From Methanothrix sp. (GTDB lineage: Archaea; Halobacteriota; Methanosarcinia; Methanotrichales; Methanotrichaceae): DNA of 30,997 nucleotides. Of this stretch, positions 26,887 through 30,997 are shown piece by piece. The position numbers were made by a program, and so were the translations under genes. Under the pieces are notes generated by a model that searched no databases, was not told where the DNA came from, and saw only the letters and a program-made list of their open reading frames with translations. The stretch covers positions 1 to 30,997 of the forward strand of contig JBAXWY010000032.1 of the NCBI GenBank assembly GCA_037128175.1. Reading direction: 5' to 3'. Each line of letters opens with the position of its first letter. The first letter of the stretch is position 1.

Positions 26887-28587
26887 ATGGCTATTTCTGT
26901 GATAAGGTTGGTTTTATGGGTGTGTTTGCTTTTCGTTCTTTTATCTACAATTTCATCAGCAATCGAAGAAAATCCTTTCAAAGATCATGCCCTGCTCATG
27001 GGCATGAACCTGAGCGGCCTGAACCTGTCAGGGGCAAACTTGAATCATTCTGAGTTGCAGGGATCTGATCTTCGCGGAGCGAACCTCTATCGATCCTTTT
27101 TAGTACAGGCCGTCATCTCCAACGCCCGGATTATCGGAGCCAATCTCAGCGGCGTATTCATGCCAGCCGTTGATCTTCATGGATCAGATCTCTCTCATGC
27201 CGATCTCAGAGGTGCCTACCTGCCTGTCAGCTACTTGATCGACTCAAATCTAACCGGAGCTGATCTATCCGGTTCTTTTATGGATCAGGCCATGCTGGAT
27301 AATTCGACTCTAGTCGGTGCCAGGCTGAATGAGGCCAGCTTGTCGGCTGTGAAAATTAGCTATGCAAATCTGGATAGAGCAAGTTTCGTAAAAGCATTCA
27401 TGAACCGGGCCACTTTCCAGCAATCTCAAATGATTGGAGCCAATCTGAGCGGGGCAAGCCTGGTCGGGTCGAACCTGATTAATGCCACATTCTCCCATGC
27501 AGACCTCTCCGGGGCGGATATATCCGAGTCGCGTTGTTCGAGAGCGAATTTCTTTGATTCCCGGCTGGTCAAATCAAAATTGGGTTTTGCCAATCTGACC
27601 GGTACAAACCTGAGTCATGCGGACCTATCCGGATCTTATCTTATGGCTTCCTGTCTGGACGGCTCCGATCTTTTCCAGGCGAATCTAACCGGTGCGAACC
27701 TGGAAAATGCCTTAATGCATAGAGTTAGACTTGTTGAAGCAAGACTAATCGGCGCAATTTTAGCCAGAGTGCATTTGGAGGATTCTGATCTCTCTAACTC
27801 CTATCTTGAACAGGCTGATCTTACCGGTGCCTTGCTTAGTGGGGCCAATCTGACGGGTGCCCGTCTGACGGGCGCCAGGCTTCTTGGTGCTGATGCAAGT
27901 CTTGCTGTCCTGAAAGGCGTGGATCTGGGTGGAGCAAATCTGGTAGGTGCCAGACTAAATTGGGCGAATCTTGGTGGCAGCGCACTTATGCGTTGCCAAT
28001 TCTCCAGAGCAGAGCTATTTGGAGCCGACCTGAGCCAATGTGATCTCAGCAACTCGGACTTCACCAGGGCATACTTGCCAAGGGCCAAATTGCATGAGTC
28101 TAACCTCCGAAACACAAAATTAGACAATGCAGATCTTAGCGGTGCAGATATGTCTGAGGCAGATCTTGGGAGTGTCCAGATCATTAAAGCAGATATGGAT
28201 GAGGCTAACTTATCCGGGGCTGACCTATCCGGGTGTAAAATGGAATCCATGAACTTAAGAGGAACTATCATGCGGGGTGCCGTGTTGAGATCGGCAAGCT
28301 TGAATTGGATGATACTTAATGAGGTTGATCTTCAGGATGCAGACCTCCGAAATGCTGAATTTAATGCGGTTTTCCTGGAAAATGTAAATCTTTCCGGGGC
28401 GGATCTGGGGAATGCCTATTTAAACAGGACCGCACTGGTGAATGTTGATCTACGTGGTGCGAATCTCGTGGGGATAAAGTATGATGACCCAATACTTCCC
28501 ATGATTGCGGCTTCAAAACTCGATAACGCCAAAATGAGTGTCGATATGCAAAAGGATATTGAAAAATTGAGGTCGGGACAAACCTGA
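26887..28587 (+). CDS. Exported pentapeptide-repeat protein
   Basis: Signal peptide followed by about 100 pentapeptide repeats; colinear paralog of the repeat part of 22849-25707. Confidence 0.9.
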   Translation: MAISVIRLVLWVCLLFVLLSTISSAIEENPFKDHALLMGMNLSGLNLSGANLNHSELQGSDLRGANLYRSFLVQAVISNARIIGANLSGVFMPAVDLHGSDLSHADLRGAYLPVSYLIDSNLTGADLSGSFMDQAMLDNSTLVGARLNEASLSAVKISYANLDRASFVKAFMNRATFQQSQMIGANLSGASLVGSNLINATFSHADLSGADISESRCSRANFFDSRLVKSKLGFANLTGTNLSHADLSGSYLMASCLDGSDLFQANLTGANLENALMHRVRLVEARLIGAILARVHLEDSDLSNSYLEQADLTGALLSGANLTGARLTGARLLGADASLAVLKGVDLGGANLVGARLNWANLGGSALMRCQFSRAELFGADLSQCDLSNSDFTRAYLPRAKLHESNLRNTKLDNADLSGADMSEADLGSVQIIKADMDEANLSGADLSGCKMESMNLRGTIMRGAVLRSASLNWMILNEVDLQDADLRNAEFNAVFLENVNLSGADLGNAYLNRTALVNVDLRGANLVGIKYDDPILPMIAASKLDNAKMSVDMQKDIEKLRSGQT

Positions 28588-28622
28588 CCACCTGACCTCA
28601 ATTCATTCATAGATACTGCTTA

Positions 28623-28913
28623 TCACTTTCTTTTGGCGCTCTGTTCGGCTTTGGCGAGGCGAACGCTGCCTGCTTCTTGCAGATGTTTTTCCAGATCCGG
28701 GGGCGGGCTTTTACTGAGGGGGATTTTGCTGGAGAAAAAGGCTCCATCCTTTTGGAGGGCATAACAGAATAAGCCCAGCTCCTTGTCGTAAACTACGGAG
28801 TAGCCTTCTTGTGTCTCGTATTGAGCATAAAACTCATCACCGTTGACCACCAATTTGACTTCCTGTCCCTTCTCTTGCTGGAAGGTCAGCAACTCACCAA
28901 ATATCGCGCTCAT
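28623..28913 (-). CDS. Small protein resembling the N-terminal domain of M6-family metalloproteases
   Basis: TFQQ..G.EVKLVVNGDEFYAQYETQEGYSVVYD...CYA pattern; no HExxH domain follows. Confidence 0.6.
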   Translation of the reverse strand: MSAIFGELLTFQQEKGQEVKLVVNGDEFYAQYETQEGYSVVYDKELGLFCYALQKDGAFFSSKIPLSKSPPPDLEKHLQEAGSVRLAKAEQSAKRK

Positions 28914-29038
28914 AAAAGCCTTTCCTGATTTTTTCCATCCGCTTCTTTAATATAATTTCTAAAATTTATGCTTTTCGAAGGCTTTACATGCAAAGGCCTT
29001 TCGAAACCCTCTTAAGTGGCCAAACCCTTCCCCTGTTT

Positions 29039-30028
29039 ATGAAACCAGGCATCAGCCCGGACTATCTCATCTACGGTGCAGGAGCCATAGGCAGCGTTCT
29101 TGGCGCATTTCTGCACAAAATCGGTCGCAGTGTGACCTACGCAGGCAGAGGCGAGCATTTTCGTATCTTTTCGGAGAAGGGATTGAGGATCACAGGCATC
29201 TGGGGAGAACACATTGTTCCGGCGCATGAGACCGAGATTCTTTCCTCCCTGCTTTCGAAAAAGCAATTTTCCATCATCCTGCTCTGTGTAAAATCAAAGG
29301 ACACAGATGCAGCAGCTCTCGATGCGGCATCCCGGCTCAAAGAGGACGGCATCATGGTCTCCATGCAAAACGGCCTGAACAACTGGGAGGCCATCGCCCG
29401 TCAGGTGGGAGAAGATCGCACGGTGGGTGGGCGCGTCATCTTTGGCGCCGAGATCATTGATCCGGGCCACGCTAAGGTCACTGTCAACGCCGACGATGTC
29501 TTGCTAGGCGAGCCATTCCTGCCTGTGAACCAGCCGCTCTTGCAGGCACTTTCGGAGGATCTCTCCCTCTCCGGTATTCCCTGCAAAATTGTGAGCAAGG
29601 ATGACATCTGGGCGGCCATCTGGGGAAAGGTGCTCTACAACTGCTCCTTGAACCCGCTCGGCGCATTGCTCGAAGTGGCTTATGGAAAGCTGGGGGAAAA
29701 TGCAGAGACGACTGGCATCATCAAGGTCATAATTGAGGAGATCTTTCTCGTGATGAAGGCCAAAGGGGTAGCGGCTCCTTATCAGGATGCAGATGAGTAT
29801 TACCATTATCTGCTGGAAAGGCAGCTTCCCCCCACGGTAGGCCACCGGGCCAGCATGCTGCAGGACATTTTGCTGGGACGGCAAACGGAGATTGATGCTT
29901 TGAACGGGGCCATCTCCCAGTATGCCAGGGATTATGGTATCTCCACTCCCTACAATGATCTTCTCACCGCCCTGATAAAGTTCAAGGAGAAGAAGAAAGC
30001 TTTTTCACCCATCACTGACTATTATTAA
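29039..30028 (+). CDS. panE: 2-dehydropantoate 2-reductase (ketopantoate reductase)
   Basis: IYGAGAIG, LCVKS, MQNG, WGKVLYNCSLNPL, SMLQD..GRQTEIDALNG. Confidence 0.93.
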   Translation: MKPGISPDYLIYGAGAIGSVLGAFLHKIGRSVTYAGRGEHFRIFSEKGLRITGIWGEHIVPAHETEILSSLLSKKQFSIILLCVKSKDTDAAALDAASRLKEDGIMVSMQNGLNNWEAIARQVGEDRTVGGRVIFGAEIIDPGHAKVTVNADDVLLGEPFLPVNQPLLQALSEDLSLSGIPCKIVSKDDIWAAIWGKVLYNCSLNPLGALLEVAYGKLGENAETTGIIKVIIEEIFLVMKAKGVAAPYQDADEYYHYLLERQLPPTVGHRASMLQDILLGRQTEIDALNGAISQYARDYGISTPYNDLLTALIKFKEKKKAFSPITDYY

Positions 30029-30062
30029 CAGGAGTGTGAAACCATTGGCAGGTAGTGAGAAG

Positions 30063-30443
30063 ATGCAAGAGCTGACCGAAATACTGAAAACAATAACCGG
30101 GGAGATGCAAAATGCCCTCACCGCAAAGGCTGTCGTGGGCGATCCGGTCACAGTGGAGGGCAAGACCGTCATCCCTCTGATGAGCGTAGGCATGGGCTTT
30201 GGAGCAGGTTCCGGCGCGGGAAAAGCGGACAATCCGGGCGGAAGCGGAGGAGGTGGGGGCCTGGGGATGAAGCCTGTTGCCGTGATAATAATCGACCAGG
30301 ATGGTGTGCGGGTAGAGCGGCTGAAGGAAACCCAACATACGTTAATAGAGCACATGGCCGAGGCTGTGCCCAAGCTTCTGGAGGGGCTGACCCACAAAAA
30401 AGAAACGCATGTGCAGATTAAGGGCGATGACGAGCACTCCTGA
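30063..30443 (+). CDS. GerW/YtfJ-family protein
   Basis: VVGDPVTVEGKTVIPLMSVGMGFGAGSG...GGGGGLGMKPVAVIII. Confidence 0.88.
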   Translation: MQELTEILKTITGEMQNALTAKAVVGDPVTVEGKTVIPLMSVGMGFGAGSGAGKADNPGGSGGGGGLGMKPVAVIIIDQDGVRVERLKETQHTLIEHMAEAVPKLLEGLTHKKETHVQIKGDDEHS

Positions 30444-30444
30444 A

Positions 30445-30975
30445 ATGCACAAATGGGACCCAGCCGATTACCAGAAGAGCTCCTCGGCCCAGTACAATTG
30501 GGCCATGGCTCTAATTGCCGATCTGTTGCTGGACGGCGATGAACGAATCCTGGATATTGGGTGCGGTGATGGTCGGATCACCGCCCACCTGGCCGGCCTG
30601 GTGCCGGTTGGCAGTGTTCTGGGAATAGACCTCTCCCCGGAGATGATCAGCTTTGCTGCCGGCCAGCATAGAGATCATTCTAATCTCTCTTTTCGGGTGG
30701 GCAATGCCTCAGAGCTGCACTTTATTGAGGAATTCGATCTGGTGGTGTCCTTTGCTTGCCTGCACTGGATTAAAGATCATCTGTCCGTCCTGAAAGCCGT
30801 CCGGCAGAGCCTGGTGCCTGGCGGTCGCCTTCTCATGCAGTGCGGGGGAAGGGGAAACGCCGCCCGGATCCTGGACCTTACCGGCGAACTTACCACAAGC
30901 CCGCCATGGAATAAGTACTTCTCCGGCTTTTCCTTCCCCTATCGTACGTGTTTAGCTGGCCAGCTTCAAGGTTAG
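30445..30975 (+). CDS. Trans-aconitate-methyltransferase-like SAM methyltransferase, apparently C-terminally truncated
   Basis: WDPADYQKSSSAQ, ILDIGCGDG, GIDLSPEMI, FDLVVSFACLHW, LVPGGRL; stops shortly after FSFPY. Confidence 0.8.
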   Translation: MHKWDPADYQKSSSAQYNWAMALIADLLLDGDERILDIGCGDGRITAHLAGLVPVGSVLGIDLSPEMISFAAGQHRDHSNLSFRVGNASELHFIEEFDLVVSFACLHWIKDHLSVLKAVRQSLVPGGRLLMQCGGRGNAARILDLTGELTTSPPWNKYFSGFSFPYRTCLAGQLQG

Positions 30976-30997
30976 CATTTGGAGACAATTCAACCCT

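Noticed and set aside
23870-28500. Periodic DNA similarity suggesting a tandem-repeat array
   Set aside because: Fully explained by the 15-bp codon periodicity of pentapeptide-repeat coding sequence.

Overview
An archaeal window, most likely from a Methanothrix/Methanosarcinales-like methanogen, judged from TBP, archaeal TrpRS/HisRS, PolB, an archaeal MutS-like ATPase and GGTGA-type RBSs. The left end holds the end of a CRISPR array (36-bp repeat ATTTCCACGGCTGAAAAGTCGTGGCCCCATTGAAGC, type I-G/I-U-like), followed by a cas4-cas1 fusion and cas2. The most striking feature is that the last 'spacer' is 335 bp long and is almost exactly filled by an intact HNH-endonuclease gene with its own RBS. 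The terminal repeat is then followed directly by a promoter-like motif and two small membrane-protein genes. The rest is mostly housekeeping (tbp, hisS, mutS-like, trpS, moaC, nnr, polB, panE). It also contains a small decaying accessory patch (hicBA, an internally deleted carB remnant, a broken HEPN-like gene), two secreted beta-repeat proteins, and a locus of very long exported pentapeptide-repeat proteins flanking a BMP-family binding protein. All calls come from reading the sequence and recognising motifs; no database searches were run.
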